DNA from: Amphiscolops sp. MND2022
Lineage: Eukaryota
Assembly: GCA_964187785.1 (NCBI GenBank)
Contig: OZ076409.1
Span: 87,794,001 to 87,858,000, forward strand
Length of the DNA: 64,000 bases
Direction of reading: 5' to 3'
Below, piece by piece: positions 1 through 13,440 of the stretch (position 1 is its first letter; every line of letters starts with the position of its first letter). The notes under the pieces were generated by a model. The model saw only the letters and a list, made by a program, of their open reading frames with translations. It searched no databases and was not told where the DNA came from. A program made the translations under genes and the position numbers.

Positions 1-419
1 GCAAGTTCAATTGAAAACAGTATAAAGAATTGGACATTATCAGAGTTCAGGTCAGAACATCGTAGCGCTAGTTTGGCTGACAAGGAACAGCAATATAGCA
101 TTCAATTAGAATTGACCGATTTTGAACTTGAGTCTTCAAACTTTCAGTTTCAGTGCTTTCCCAATTGAGCTTCAGTTTGCTTTTGAAGATAGACAAGATT
201 CTCTTATCTTTAGCCCAAAGTAATTCGATCAATTGATCCGGAGCAGTCATCGCTTGGCTCATCACTTGATAAAAATACCCGTCCGTTCATCTATACCTAA
301 ACATAAAAATTTTGCTTCGCTTGCATAATTTGATCAAGTGTTTGTACTTAAAATTCTTGCATATGCTCAAGACTGAATGTGATTTTTACAAGTTCATAGA
401 ATTTAGATGGCTTACATAT

Positions 420-601
420 TTCTGCAAAAATCTTTAAAGAAAATCTGCCCACTTCTGTAAAGATCTTGCAGATCTGCACACTTCTGTAAAGATCTTGCAG
501 ATCTGTATGGATCTTCAAGATTCAGTGCAACGATCTTTGCACAACCCTGCAGAAAAAAATCCTGCAGATCTTTACAGATTCGCAAAGATTGAAAACCTGG
601 G
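420..601. repeat. Right arm of a MITE-like element with AAGATC(T)TGCAGA subterminal repeats
   Basis: Clustered AGATCT/TGCAGA motifs, including a roughly 29-bp tandem duplication (CACTTCTGTAAAGATCTTGCAGATCTG x2), ending in CTGGG at 601. No partner end found in the window. Confidence 0.4.
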
Positions 602-1498
602 TTCCGCTTAAATAATTCCTACTCTCCTGAAGGTTACATATCTGATTCAACTGGGAGCAAGCGACCTCACTAATTCACAACATCGAAGAATCATCAAAAG
701 ACAAAGGAATGTGCTGAACATTTATTTGTCAATACACTCACACTGAGACTTGAGGTAATCATTGGTTATCATTGAGAGGAATCAATCATACGGTCAACTT
801 CACTGACGAAAAGCACTACAAATGAGTCATCATCAATGAATCATGTGAGTCAAATTAAAAGATGAACCTCCAATGAAACATGGTTCGAATGGTCGGTCTT
901 GTTCTGTCATCATCTAAAAGGAAAGATTCTCAAGATAACTTTGGTTTCTTTCGACTTTGATTTATCTTTCATTTGAGCAAAAGTCCACAGCGGCTCATAT
1001 GTAAGATTTTCTTTAATCTTCTGATAGTTTGATTCTTGTCATTTAAACTCAAAGACAAGAAAAAGGATCCCTTCGATCTGTGTACTTTTGAACTTTGCCT
1101 GTCAGTTATTTGGTATTTCGTAACAAGTAGAATTTAGTCGATACTCTGCCATGTTTAACTTCAGACATCAGCGGTGTTGTCAACTTTCTGTGTTTGAACG
1201 AATCATATCCGATCAACTGTCATTGAGAACTTACCCAACAAAAAAGAACAATCCAAACTGAGCAAATTTTCAATCCAGGGCTCCGTTTGTTCTCTATCAA
1301 CATCCTTTGAAAACCCAACTTTTTGGGCTAAATTTATTTTTGTTATTCTATTGTTGCGTAACTCAGATATATAAAAGCTTTGTTAGCGGACACAAGATAG
1401 TTTTGAATATCAGCTGAAAGTTTCAATAAACTATAGAATCTTCAAATCGTGAGATTTCTTGATTTATTTTCTGCTGAAAACCATAAGTTTCCTGCAAA

Positions 1499-2074
1499 AT
1501 GAGATATTGCGTCAACTCAAATGGTCAGCTGCTTTCAAATCTTCTTACACGATGTCAATTCTGTCGCAGAGAAATGCCCGATGATTTATTTCTGCTCAAG
1601 CTGAGTGTTTTGACGATAGCACGAGAAGGCTGCCGAAGCTGTTCACCCAAACAAATTGATGTTTTCTCAGCCGAAATACCGTTATCTAGTCCGAGGTCAC
1701 CTCAATTGAAGTCGAAATTCAAGCAGGACTCCGAGAACCAAACGAATGACGTTGAACATGAAAGCATGATGATAAGAGTTCCGAAAGAACCCTTATTGGA
1801 CAACGATTGCTCTCAGTCTCTTGAATTCAATAACGACGTTTTTCCAAATGGAATTTTGCTGGACGTTTTTTCGGCCAAAAAATTGGAACCTGGGGACAAA
1901 ATCTCGCTTTTGGAAGACGGAGAACGTAAACTATACACTGTAACATATCATTTCAAGAAAGTGAAAGTGTTGTCAATGGCATCACGAAACGAGAATGAGC
2001 AAGCTTTGACTCACCAATCGCTGGTTCAGAAAAAAGCACGAATTTCACTGAAGTCTTATCGAGAAAAAAGGTGA
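1499..2074 (+). CDS. Orphan 191-aa ORF with two CxxC pairs
   Basis: ATG-initiated uninterrupted ORF in AT-rich DNA; CQFC and CRSC motifs; TATAAAA about 130 bp upstream. No family recognised. Confidence 0.3.
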   Translation: MRYCVNSNGQLLSNLLTRCQFCRREMPDDLFLLKLSVLTIAREGCRSCSPKQIDVFSAEIPLSSPRSPQLKSKFKQDSENQTNDVEHESMMIRVPKEPLLDNDCSQSLEFNNDVFPNGILLDVFSAKKLEPGDKISLLEDGERKLYTVTYHFKKVKVLSMASRNENEQALTHQSLVQKKARISLKSYREKR

Positions 2075-2816
2075 GCATAGCTCAGTATAATGTAATCAAT
2101 AGTTGATCAAAAATATTCTCGTCTAGTGGATTCCTAGATAACCTATTTGGGTTTATCCAGTTGCCTAGTTAAGTATAGCATTCCATCACGTGTTGATCTT
2201 TATAGGTGTAGACCTGTTGTTTTGGCAGCCACAAACTGTTGTTCAAGAGGTTGTTAAACTTTCGTTTTTCAAATTCTTGACATAGCTTCCATATCTCGAC
2301 ATTCTAAAGTGTGACATATCCAAATTATTAGGGAAATTCATCAGTACTGCTGCAGGTATCAAATGTTTCAATCATGTTTTGTTACCAGTGAAATTTAATT
2401 TCCTGCTATTTGAACGCTTCAGTGATTCTTTGGGTGATTTTGCCAAATTTTAGGATCTCAAGCCCGTTGACAAAACTTCCATTACAATAAAAGATTTTTT
2501 TCAATTTTTCCCAGTTTTCAATGATTTTGATTCGAATGTGAGTACGTAAAATGTGATTTTGATGACAGATGTAGCTTTATTTCTAGGTAAACCAGTCGGC
2601 TCTTATCTGCCCCCACCATCAAAATTTTCAAGTTGAAATTAAAAAGGTTTTTGAACTGGCTTGAGTAAAACTTCTATTGGAATGGTTTTTCGTTAGTTTG
2701 TCTAAAGGATAAAATGAATAGTCCTTTTCGCAAATCCTTCTACAAAATAGGTGTCAATGTGATTTGATGATTTGAAAAGTAGTATCTGAAGCGTTTTTAT
2801 TTGAAAAAGTCTGGAA

Positions 2817-3236
2817 ATGTTTTCAAGATCTTGGCTCAGAAGATCAGTTCTTCCCGATGACGTCTGGTGGTGGAACGGCTGGGACTGGGAAGTCGTGAAC
2901 AAATGGATCGAACTCCGAGCTGTCACACATGTAAACATCATACGAGCCAGCGATCAACAAGTCCGGAGCCTGGCAAGACTGGTTGCTCAACGTCGCCGTC
3001 ACACCCAAGAATGTGTGGTTTCCTCCGTTGACTCCCTATGCTCTGGCACGTCACTGATGGAATTCGTCGCCTTTTTATTGTGGAAGAAACGCAGAACCGA
3101 GGATTCGTTCCAAATGGGATTCATATCACACGTCACTGCAAATCAGAAATGTGAAATGTACCGAATACTATATTCAAAGTGTTGTGCATCAATAAACGTT
3201 AACGCCTCAATGGGTTGTGACCAGATCAGATGGTAA
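2817..3236 (+). CDS. Orphan 139-aa Trp/Cys-rich ORF
   Basis: ATG-initiated, more GC-rich than its flanks, contains VWWWNGWDW. No family recognised. Confidence 0.3.
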   Translation: MFSRSWLRRSVLPDDVWWWNGWDWEVVNKWIELRAVTHVNIIRASDQQVRSLARLVAQRRRHTQECVVSSVDSLCSGTSLMEFVAFLLWKKRRTEDSFQMGFISHVTANQKCEMYRILYSKCCASINVNASMGCDQIRW

Positions 3237-3481
3237 AAAGTACCGATTGTTAGCTATTGCGAACTTAATTAGTCATCTTTCAGTTTTATTTTGTAGATTT
3301 TGTGATAATTTACTTGTTTGATTTTAAACCAGATCGTTCTCCAACTCCAATTAAACTGAGTAGTATTAAATTCAAAGTAGTCAGTAAGCTTCCGGTGGTA
3401 AACCTTGTGGAATTACACTGCCGTTTCCACCATTTGAACTGAAGTCGAAAATATTTCCCACTTCGTTACTGATACGATCAG

Positions 3482-4714
3482 TTTTTTAGTCGGCGCATTT
3501 CTTTAGAAAAGAGTCGACTATACCCGGGTTGACCTATCATGCAAATCATACTATATTTCCTTATATGGAAACTAGCGGCCATACAAAAAAAAACTTTTTA
3601 TGTTCATGTCATGACTTTAATGTTGTCATATATGGTCACTGTATGAGTTGCATGTTTTCCATAAAAGGTTTGCATGTTTTCCATGAAACATTATAGTAAA
3701 ACTGAGTTTATTCCTAAAATATTTTTAGAAAGGTAATAGCCTTCGGCTGTTAAAGCTGAAGATGAAACCGGAGATCACTCCATCCTGACCTCTAGTATCG
3801 ATGACAGATTGAAGACTTTTGCTTACGCAAAGTATAAAATTGTTACAAGTTAGTTTAACTTCATCTTATTATTGCAGTAACTTTTTTGTTTCAGTCATAG
3901 CTCTTTTCAGTGAGGTTTGTTCTTCAAACGAGATCAATCGTGAAGAACTAAGTATCAGATACCACAAAATGATAATTCTGATGTTGTTCGTATGTTTTTG
4001 ATGAAAATTGGTTCATTGCTAGGAGCAGCCAACAAACACATCAACCTGGGCGTTAATTGACTACGTTATGCTAATTTGTCATGTATGGAATCCTTTTAGT
4101 CCATAAAAGGATCATACTATGGAAACCATTTGTTCCATAAAATGACCATAGTATGGGAAACATGTTTCTCATAAAATGACCATAGATCTTTTTGTATGGT
4201 CATTTTATGGCTGAACTGATTTCATAAACACCATATATGACATTGTATGATCTACATGTTTTTCGTATGGTGGTCAACCCGGGTAGTCATGGCTTTTCGT
4301 CAGTGTTTTTTAAGACCACCTGAACTGACCAAAAGAGTTCTACAAAAGTTCTACAAAGTATTATTGCACCAAATTGCATCATTTAGCCTAGCGAACTGAA
4401 CCAAAAAGATTTTTTCTGTTTTTCCGCGTAACATACCATACCGGGCGAGACCAAAGGGTCCCCCCTTTCAGTTTTTTTCGGCACTGTGAGATTTTTTTCC
4501 GAAAATAAAAATTTTCCCTCTTCAATTTTTTGATGTTTTGCAACAAAATGGATGTTGAAAACCCCCAAAGGGTCCTCCCTTTCAGTTTTTTCAGCATTGA
4601 GAGACTTTTTCTTGTAAAACGGTCCCCATCTCACCAATACTTTGACATATTGAAATCCTTTTGCTATTTTTGAGCCTTAGATATGGCGCCGACTTGAGCC
4701 GGTCCCGGCTTGTT
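3482..4714 (+). mobile_element. DINE-1-like Helentron non-autonomous element (HINE family A), interrupted by a MITE
   Basis: 5' T-run plus AGTCGGCG subterminal repeat; 3' CGCCGACT, AGCCG-gtcc-CGGCT hairpin and TGTT; internal AAAGGGTCCCC repeats. Confidence 0.8.
3523..4283. mobile_element. Non-autonomous TIR element (CCC...GGG ends, TA duplication; CMC/EnSpm-like) nested in a HINE
   Basis: Perfect 12-bp TIR CCCGGGTTGACC / GGTCAACCCGGG, flanked by TA at 3521-3522 and 4284-4285; CATA/TATG subterminal repeats. Confidence 0.8.
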
Positions 4715-6614
4715 ACAATTTGATTTCTCAACTACTCATCAGATGTAACCACAGCCTCTCATATAGAACACTGAAGCTCACGCTGGTTTGTTGTTTACAT
4801 TGCGAATGAAGTCAATTCGCATTTAAATGGCTGTAAAATCTTGGTTGCATTTGAAAATGAAACTGTTTCATCATGAAGTTGCAAAGCTTCGTGGTTTCAA
4901 ACTGCCGACAACATTCAGTATGCGTCGCTCGAGCAGCTGCATGAAAATCAAACACAACGGAGAAATAGTTTCACGAACCAAGTCGGTGCCCCGCTCAAGA
5001 CAAACGTGTACCCGGGGACGTGGCTTTAGTATCACTAGTTGGAAAATGATTTTTCAGAGAACCACAAACATCTTATTGTACTAATAACACGAATCTAAAG
5101 CTTTACATTGGAAGCAAATTATGTGAAGTTTTGGATAAAAAACTGATAACAATATACGAGAAATGAAAAAGTTATATACGAACTTTGAAAACGTTTCATC
5201 TGAATTAATGTAAGTGTTACATGTCGTTTATGCTATAAGAAATCGCCGACAAATTTTTGGAAAAAATCACAGTGCCAAAAAATCAAAGTTGAAAAGTAGT
5301 CAAGTAGAGATCTTTGTGACACAGTCCGCACCCGGACTGGAATGCGGATGCAGGAGAATTGGCTAAAGGCAAGGACATGGCTGCACGGCCAAACTGGCAA
5401 AATGATTTTTGAATATTACCTTATTTTGAATAAAACAAATCGTGACTTGACAAAAAATGAATTGTCAAAATTAGAAAGATCTAGAAAAATTGATCACCAA
5501 AATGAACAGAATGAAATGATTTCACACATTTCCGTCAAGCCACGCCGAAGATAACGCCATTCTCTACCATAAAACTAATTTGGAAAAAAATCTAAATTAG
5601 AAATTGCTTTGATAATAGACATTGAATTTGTACGTTTTTCTGAGAAAATGGGGATTTCTTGCAGCTTTGAAAAGCAATTAGTGCGACTTAGTACGTGCAT
5701 ACGTCATTAAGTAAACAATTATAGCAACCCGCTGGAAATATTATGTACGTGTCGTCACAACCACAACCCCGTAGTCGAATTCGGCGAATATATTTGTCAC
5801 GTCACAGTCCCGTCAAAGCGAGGCTAGAGGTTTCCAATTTTACATCAACGCTACGTCGCAAATATATCAGCTAGCTAGCGACCAATCTGAAGTTTTATCG
5901 ACACTACGTCAACAGCACCAGTAAGGTTCAGTACTTGTTGGTCTTGATACTATTCACAATAAACATTTACACTCCATGCACTGCTAAAGTTGATGTTAAT
6001 GTTTAAATATTGCTGATAAAATAGGAAAACACCCACAAAATAGTGCAATGTTGTCATGTCGATGGCAAATTTCCGAACAATTTGTAAAGGTATTAGATAA
6101 TGTCTTTTGCCATTAAATTTTACCTGTACATCGTCGCTGGTTCAAATATACGCGTTCCTTTTGGTAAGTACTTATGTTCATGTATTATTATTTTCCGTCC
6201 ACATATGGTGGGGGAGGAAAATAAATCATAATGTGTTTTGCGTTTTTTTCTCAATACTTGCCAAATCCCCACGATCTCCATCTTTTAGTTGACTATTTCT
6301 AAAATAGTCAAGCAACTAAAATAGCTATAGCCGAGCACTGTGGCTGAGCACCGTGGTCATATATCGCTCAGTTGAAGCGGAAAATATTCCGGCGCTAAGC
6401 GGGAGTCTTGTTGATGTTAAAATGTTGCATGAAATCATAAATATGTTCAAATGCTGAATGACGCTGTCAACCCGTTATTTATTGTGTTAATTTGCCTATA
6501 ATAATAATAACAATGAGTATCAACTCAATTCAAATGAATAGACACTCATCAAACACAGTGAATCCACCTTTCCTAGCATCAAACGAGGGTACAATTTTTG
6601 AAATTAGACATTAA

Positions 6615-7379
6615 TGTTATAGTCTGAGAGTGAAAATTAGGTATTAGTTAGCTCGGCGTCACATTTCCCGCTGTTCCAAGCAAAAATCAAGATAGCTCGA
6701 TGAAAAACTAGATAGGTTTGCCTAAGATGAAGTGAAATCTATTTCCTAAATTCGAGGAAATATCGGGTTGACAATAGAGAGATTATGAACTTTGACGAAG
6801 TGTAGACGTACGTCGATTTACCACAAACGATTTTATCGCAAAAAACAGAAAAAGACTAATTGTTCGAAGACAATTAGCGTATTCCGGTATGATCAAATGA
6901 TACTAGGAGGGTATATATACTCAGATTTTTAAATTCGATTTAAACAATTTTGTCCCTTGCTTTATCGACAACACTTTGATAAAAAGAGCTTTCACCCCAA
7001 AATCTTTAAAAACTATTCAAACAAAACTGTCTTCGAAAATGTCAACCAGATCCCAAACGAGAAAGAAATTGGTAGACCTTGTAGATCTAGGTGAATCCGA
7101 CGTCATGATTGCGGGTCCTTCCAATGCCAAGTGGCCCGGGTTGAAAAGAGTGCCCTAGTGAGTCTGAAAAAGTCATGGAAGGAAGAAATAACGTATGAAA
7201 TAGGAGGACTGATACTTACGTCACGCAATGAATTGTTGAATCTGTTGAAATCCAAAAAGTTAAACTGTCTCAAGAGAAAGTGAAATTACCCAGAAAACGA
7301 ATCTAGGTAGTTCTATACTCCAACAAGATCTGTAAGAATAATTAACTCTGAAGAATACGACATGAACTTATGTCGTAAA
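6615..7379 (+). mobile_element. Probable decayed solo LTR containing a gag-like N-terminus (MSTRSQTRKK...)
   Basis: Interrupted frame from 7039 (MSTRSQ...KKSWKEEI...ELLNLLKS) resembling the ORF at 13994 in layout; ends approximate. Confidence 0.3.
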
Positions 7380-7439
7380 AATCATTGGTATGTTTGGGAG
7401 GTTCTAGTACCTTTTGTAGGTCCGTAGTTCCTCTGTCTG

Positions 7440-7555
7440 CAAGTTGAACAAAATGAACAAAACCTATAGAAATTTATAAATCTGTCACGTCGTCGGTCTT
7501 GAAAAAATTAGCCACTACTATAGTCTGCTCTTTCTAAGAAAACGCCGACTAAAAA
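7440..7555 (-). mobile_element. HINE family A 5'-end remnant
   Basis: TAGCCACT...AAAACGCCGACTAAAAA matches the family end seen at 23821-23875 and 58481-58531. Confidence 0.6.
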
Positions 7556-8978
7556 TCGTTGGCAACTTTCAAGATTATGCAATATGTTCGAGCAATTTCA
7601 ACAAGTAGTACCCATTTCCCAAGGATGTTTGTGCTTGGAATACAGCTAAATTAGTTTGAACAAGACTCTTGGAGTTGGTGGTGTTGATGAAGCTCTAATA
7701 TTTGTGGTGGAATTGGCATGTTCATTGAGCAATACCAAAACATTTCATCAGTACCTGGGTTATTTAACTGCATGATTCCAACTTGTTGGTTATTGTTTTC
7801 GTGAGTCACGCAGCAAAACGGATAGTTAAGTTGCAGAATTATATATTCATTCAGCTTGAAATATTTTTGGGCTTAAATCTAAGTTAATTTTGCCCAAGAA
7901 CCTGGCCTTCTAAACATCTGGGGTGACATTTTGGCCTGATGTATTCAGTGTACTCAATCAAAACGCTCGATCAAGCGAACCAAAAAACAGTAGGTAAGTA
8001 AAGATTTCAAAGTATAAGCCAAATATAATTGTTTAAACTTTGTTCCAACGTGACGTTCGTACTTGTCAATCATCAAATTAGACATTTCCGTTCCAAATCG
8101 GGCTATAGCTTAAATGAAGAGCGAGAATAAACTAGAGACCATTTTGAACTTTGTCTAAATGTCTACAAAAAATGTAGTCCAAACATGGCGAATTTTCGAA
8201 TTTTTGTTGACAGTTAGACAGGTGATGACTAATTGTTTGTAATGAAACGATATATGCAAAACTTTCAAAAAATGTTTGAGGAATCCTTTTGAGGTGAAAT
8301 GTAGGGGTGCGAGTGTTATTTATTAACCGCTTGGTATGTAGGTCGAAAGCTCGTTCCATCATACTTTTATGTCCCTTACTTTTCGAGGGAGTTTCAAGAT
8401 GTCATAAGCACTTTAAACTGAGCCATGATTTGAAGCTATTGTTAGAAAGGTTTTGTTGATATTTGAAAATTAGAACGTCGTTGATTAGTCAAATTTATGC
8501 TCGGTTTGATCCTCCAACAAGCAGAATCCCTGGATCGCACAATATCCCGCCTTGGCATCTCGTGTGCTCCCATGCACAGCCACGAATGATTCAACCGTGC
8601 TCATATCAACAAATTAAAACTTCACTTTGAGAAGATTTTCAATCGATGTGATGATGAAACCGACTGTCTTGGCATGTCTACCTTGAATAAATTTGTAGAT
8701 GAAACCTGTCTGGAATGTGTCATCACCCTAAACAAAAAGTTTTGTTACTTTCTGCTTTTGATGTTTTCTTAATGTCAATAACCCTGATTGTCGCAGGCTA
8801 CCGCCTGTGATGGCACCAGTATAACGACATCGACGACCGGACAAGAGGCAGTAGCAGGTACCAATATATTAAAACAAACTTAGACTAAAACTCAATTTGT
8901 CAAATTTAGTATTTCAGATGTATTTTGTCAAGTACAATTATTAGTCTGTTAACAATTGCAAGACTATTCAAATTGAGA

Positions 8979-9091
8979 TGTTTCATATTCTTGACTGCGT
9001 GAAAACCATCGCTACTTATTCAGTCAATTACGAATCAAAATTATGTGCTAATCAATAATGTATGAACCATTCATTCAGAACATATACCATA
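8979..9091 (-). repeat. 3' LTR of the Gypsy element
   Basis: Direct repeat of 12970-13080 (14 mismatches in 111 nt by hand alignment); adjacent to the PPT; ends in CA on the minus strand. Confidence 0.88.
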
Positions 9092-12000
9092 TCGCCTCCT
9101 CTTTGAATGCTATTCGTAGGAAGGTTTCAAGTAATACCATCTATGAGAAACGTATGAACATATTAGACTACACGTTAACATTTCATTGTCCCGCTTGAAA
9201 TTTATTTGTTTTTGTTGTATTCCTGAGAGGATACCGTTTTATTGGAACATCGTGATTATCCGATTGCGTATTATCAGAACGAGACAACTCCATATAATCA
9301 AATTGTTGAGATCTTTAATTCTTTTAGTTGAGGCAGGGGCAACTTGGGATTAACTCCATGTTCCCCCATCATCAAGTAAAACAGTAGTTTTTGTTCGTTT
9401 AAGTAATTCTCTTTCCTTTTTGTCGAATCAGGTCTTGGATAGAAGCTTTGCTATAAGAGCTGTAGACTTTGTTCTCGTTTTTTCCCGTACACCATTTCAT
9501 AAGGGGTTTTTCCCAATGCTGGATGAATAATACATCGCTAAGTTTGTAACACGAATTTGAATGTATCGTACCAGGTGCGTGAATTTTCAAAATTAGTTTG
9601 CAACAAATGCCGTATGGTTTGATTGAATCGTTCAACCAGACCATAAGTGCGAGGACAATGCAATGCACTACACGTCAAGGCAGCACCTTGATAAATGATA
9701 AAAGTTTTGAACTCCGTGCTGGTTAACGAAGAACCTTCATCACAGCGAATTATCTCAGGTACCCCAACACGAGCAAACTAATCTTTCATAAACATAAATA
9801 TTTGTTTTGCTGGTGTTTGGAAGCGCATACACTTCAGGCCACCTCGAGTATTCATCAACCAGAAGTAAATACTTAAAGGTACTCGGTCCATTGTTGTAAG
9901 GACCACTAATATCTATATTGATATTTGCAAACTTTTCTTCTGCTGTAATGATTTTCCCATGCGGAACATCTCGAACCACTTGTTCTTTATCAGTCTCTCT
10001 GGGCATTTTTAACCATCTGTTCCAACATAGTTTGGCCACCAACGAAGACTCCGCAACTGATGTTTAGAACGGACAATTCCAAAATGATCTTCATGAGCTA
10101 GTTGGAATGCTTTTGAATAAAGACTGTCGGGCATTACAGTGGTTGCACCTCGGTTTACATTGGATTTAGCACAATAAAAAGTTCATTACGAACTGCAAAG
10201 TAAGGTAGTAACATTTCATCCATCACATTTCGTCTGGGCCAACCATTTAAAATAAAAATGCGCACATTGACTAAAACTTCGTTCGGAAGCATAGTCGACT
10301 TCCTCTACTGTGAAAGCAGACAAGTCACCAAAAAAGGCATATACAACAAACGAATCATCTTCACTACATCAACGATCGACAGGTAAATGCGAAAGTGCAT
10401 CAGCCACAGTTTTGTCTCTTCCAGGTTTGTGTACTACACGAAATCGTAGCGTAATAACCTGGCTGGCAGACCAACGTGCAAGTCTCAGTGGACGAACACC
10501 GTCCTCAATTTGATCATTTATAAGCTACAGTAGAGATTTATCGTCAGTCTTCAAGGTGAAGTGTTTACCACACAAGAATCTTTCGAACCTTTCACAAGTA
10601 CAAATACAAGCTAATGATTCAAATTCAGGAGTGCTATACTTTTTTTCAAACTCTTTTAACGAAAGAGAGAAAAATGAAACTATTTTGTATTCGCTCTTCT
10701 CTTGCAGCTGTGATACTCACCACCGATTCCACTTTTGGAAGCATCACTTGTAACATTCGTTTTTGCTAGAGGATTATACATTGCCAATGGTTTAGCACTA
10801 TTTTTTTGAAGGCATTTAAATTCTTTTGTATGACTTTCTGTCTTCTTGGAAAGAACTTTTTTGAAGTAATTCATACAAATCGGCAGCTTTAGAAGAATAA
10901 TTACTCGGCAAAAACTTTCGATAGTGACTAAAGTATCCTAGAGCGGAAGCTAAGGATTATTTAACGTAAGCAGTTTTCATTTCAGCAATTGAAGTCAACT
11001 TATTCTCAAGAATAGCAAACTCATTCAGACCTCGTTCGAGGCCAAGTTATTCAATGTTCGTTTTCTCAATCTCACATTTGTCATAATTAGCTACCAATCA
11101 GTTGGATTGCACTCTAATCAAAACAGCATGTAATCTTTCTTCATATCCTTCCTTTGTAGAACCATAAACAATGATGTCGACAAGAAAGCTGAAACAACCT
11201 TTTAAGTCAACTAGGATTATGTCCATCATTTTTTGAAATTTTGGAGGAACGTAACCCAAATGGTGCCCTGAGAAATTTGTAGAGTCCACAGGGTAAAATA
11301 AAGCCAAGTAGACGTTGAGTGCTTGAATCGGCTGGAAGTTGATGGTAAGCAAGAGATAAGTGTTTTTTCAAATACACTTTTGCATTTGTTATCGAGTTTT
11401 TTGTAGACTCAATGTTAGGTAAAGGGTAGGATCTTTCTTTATTGCTTTGTTGACTTTTCGCGAGTCACAGCAAAACCGATGTTTTCCGATGAGGATTAGC
11501 CCAATCAATATCAGCATTGGTACACGGTTGAAGGACACCCAGTGAACAAAGCTTTTACTTCCTTCTCGACATGGTTATTCAATGCAAAAGGAAGTGGGCG
11601 TGCTTTCGAAATAACAGGAGAAGTTGTTTCGTCGATTGCTGAAGTTGAAACAAGGTTCTTTGCATGACCAAGAGTATCAGAATCAAACAATTTCGGAAAC
11701 TTCTGTTTGAGGGAGAATACATCCTGGGCTTGTTGCTGGTATGCAAGTATGTACACGGTTCAATTGTGTATCGGTTATCGATTTTGCATATTGTAGTTTG
11801 TCTAGAATATCGAAGACAATCAAAGAAATTCCATGAGCTACATAAAAATCATGTCTGAATGACAAAGAACCGCTCGTTTTTTCGAAGTTAGAAATTCGAT
11901 GAACATCATTAGCAGAACCACCATAACCAGTAATTTTGTATTGGTTTTTAGTGCAAATTTGATAAGGAAATAATTTGTCAAATGTATCTTTGGGAAGAAG

Positions 12001-12969
12001 TGATGCCTTGGCACCACTGGCAACAACATGTACAACACTTTTGTTAACCAACTGTAAGGAATATTTGAAGCTTTCCGGGAGAATCAAATTACAAGAACTT
12101 TTTACAGTAAGTGGAACGGGTTTAGAAGAGTTTTCTTCCAGAGAGTTTGTAACAACCACTTCTAAACTCGCACCACGGCACACTTCTGCAGCATGACCGA
12201 TTTGTTGCAGTTTTTGCATTTTGTGTCCGTAGCAGAACAATCTTTATTGTTAGCGAAATGCAATTTAGATCCACAACGAAAACAGGAAAGGATTTTTTAG
12301 CAGTAGATTTTGCCTTTTGTTGACTTAACTTCGAATCAAACCGCTGTACAGTGTGAGATTTACCATGAGCAGTTTCAGTGTAATTTGTATTTTTGAGTAG
12401 GGCAGATGTAGAAAAATCCCGCTTCAATTCGTTCAGCAATTTTCAAACATTCTTCCAGAGAAGGGTTACCTTGAAGTAAGCGATCTCTCAAGTGAAGCTT
12501 TCTAACTCCTTTGATTAATTGATCTCGCAGATGTATCCAGAAAAGCACCAAAATTGTATCTTTGAGCGAGTCGTCGTAATGCAACAAGTTCATCAATACT
12601 TTCACCTACCTTTCGGACACCATAATCAAATGAATAGCGCTCTGAAACTACCTTGACTTTATCAGCAAAATGTTTTTCAAGGCATTGTAAAACTTGTTCA
12701 TAAGTATCCCTAGCTATTTGTGTAAAGATGATTTCGTAAAGATTAGTTAACAGTTTGACTTTCAAGTCCAATTAAATGGAGCAAAATAGTTTTTTCTGTT
12801 ACTAGCCAACTCTGCGTAGTTCGTAGCCGTCATGTCATTGTAGAAAAGACGAATCCAAACCTTCCATTGAGTTCTTGGTTTCCCGGGATCAGGTAAAAAA
12901 GGTTGCGGCGCGGGTAGAATGAAAATTTCACACATTGATTTCGCTAGTTTTAGTTTATCTCTGTCGCCA

Positions 12970-13080
12970 TTTCATATTCTTGACTGCGGAAACACCTTCA
13001 TTACTTATTCAGTCAATTACGAATCAAAATTATGTGCAAATCATTCATGTATGGTTCATTCATTCAGAACATGTACCACA
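12970..13080 (-). repeat. 5' LTR of the Gypsy element
   Basis: Begins TGTGGTAC on the minus strand and is followed directly by the PBS TGGCGACAG. Confidence 0.88.
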
Positions 13081-13440
13081 AAGTGGGAACTGCTTAAAGC
13101 GTTGGAATGCAAAATTGCTGTAAGTATTACGATTGCAATGCATAAGTGGATTACTGCGTAAAAGTACGAAACGAGTTCAAATGAGCTCCTGTACTTCCAC
13201 GGCAGCGAGACTTTTCGACAAACAAGCAACCAGTCACAGCTATTCGAATATATACGCAGTAACTGGTTACAGCCTATTGACTGTGGACTCTGCTTTAATG
13301 ATGCTTAGTAAAATTTAGGCAATTGGCCGGTTCCGGCCAGGCTATAAATTGGAACCATTACCCCACTATTCTTATGTTGCTTAGTTTACAATAGTTTATG
13401 TTGCTATTATTTCATACATTGAGAGCGCAATTATTACTAC

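Larger units (their letters stand above)
8979..13080 (-). mobile_element. Full-length decayed Ty3/Gypsy LTR retrotransposon (Mag-like), about 4.1 kb
   Basis: Frameshifted gag (ERYSF...GESIDE...LRRLA, LRDQLIKGV, IGHAAEVC), protease (ASGA for DSGA), RT (PKFQKMMD...FLVDIIVYG), RNase H (TSDASKSGIG), integrase (DISGP...LLVDEYSRWPE); two LTRs; PBS TGGCGACAG at 12969-12961; PPT AAAGAGGAGGCGA at 9104-9092. Confidence 0.92.

Noticed and set aside
5690..5915. Cluster of ACGTC/CGTCA motifs suggesting a promoter
   Set aside because: No associated gene can be supported, and short motifs alone are insufficient.
8971..13085. Target-site duplication for the Gypsy element
   Set aside because: Flanks (TGAGA or AGATG versus AAGTG) do not match.
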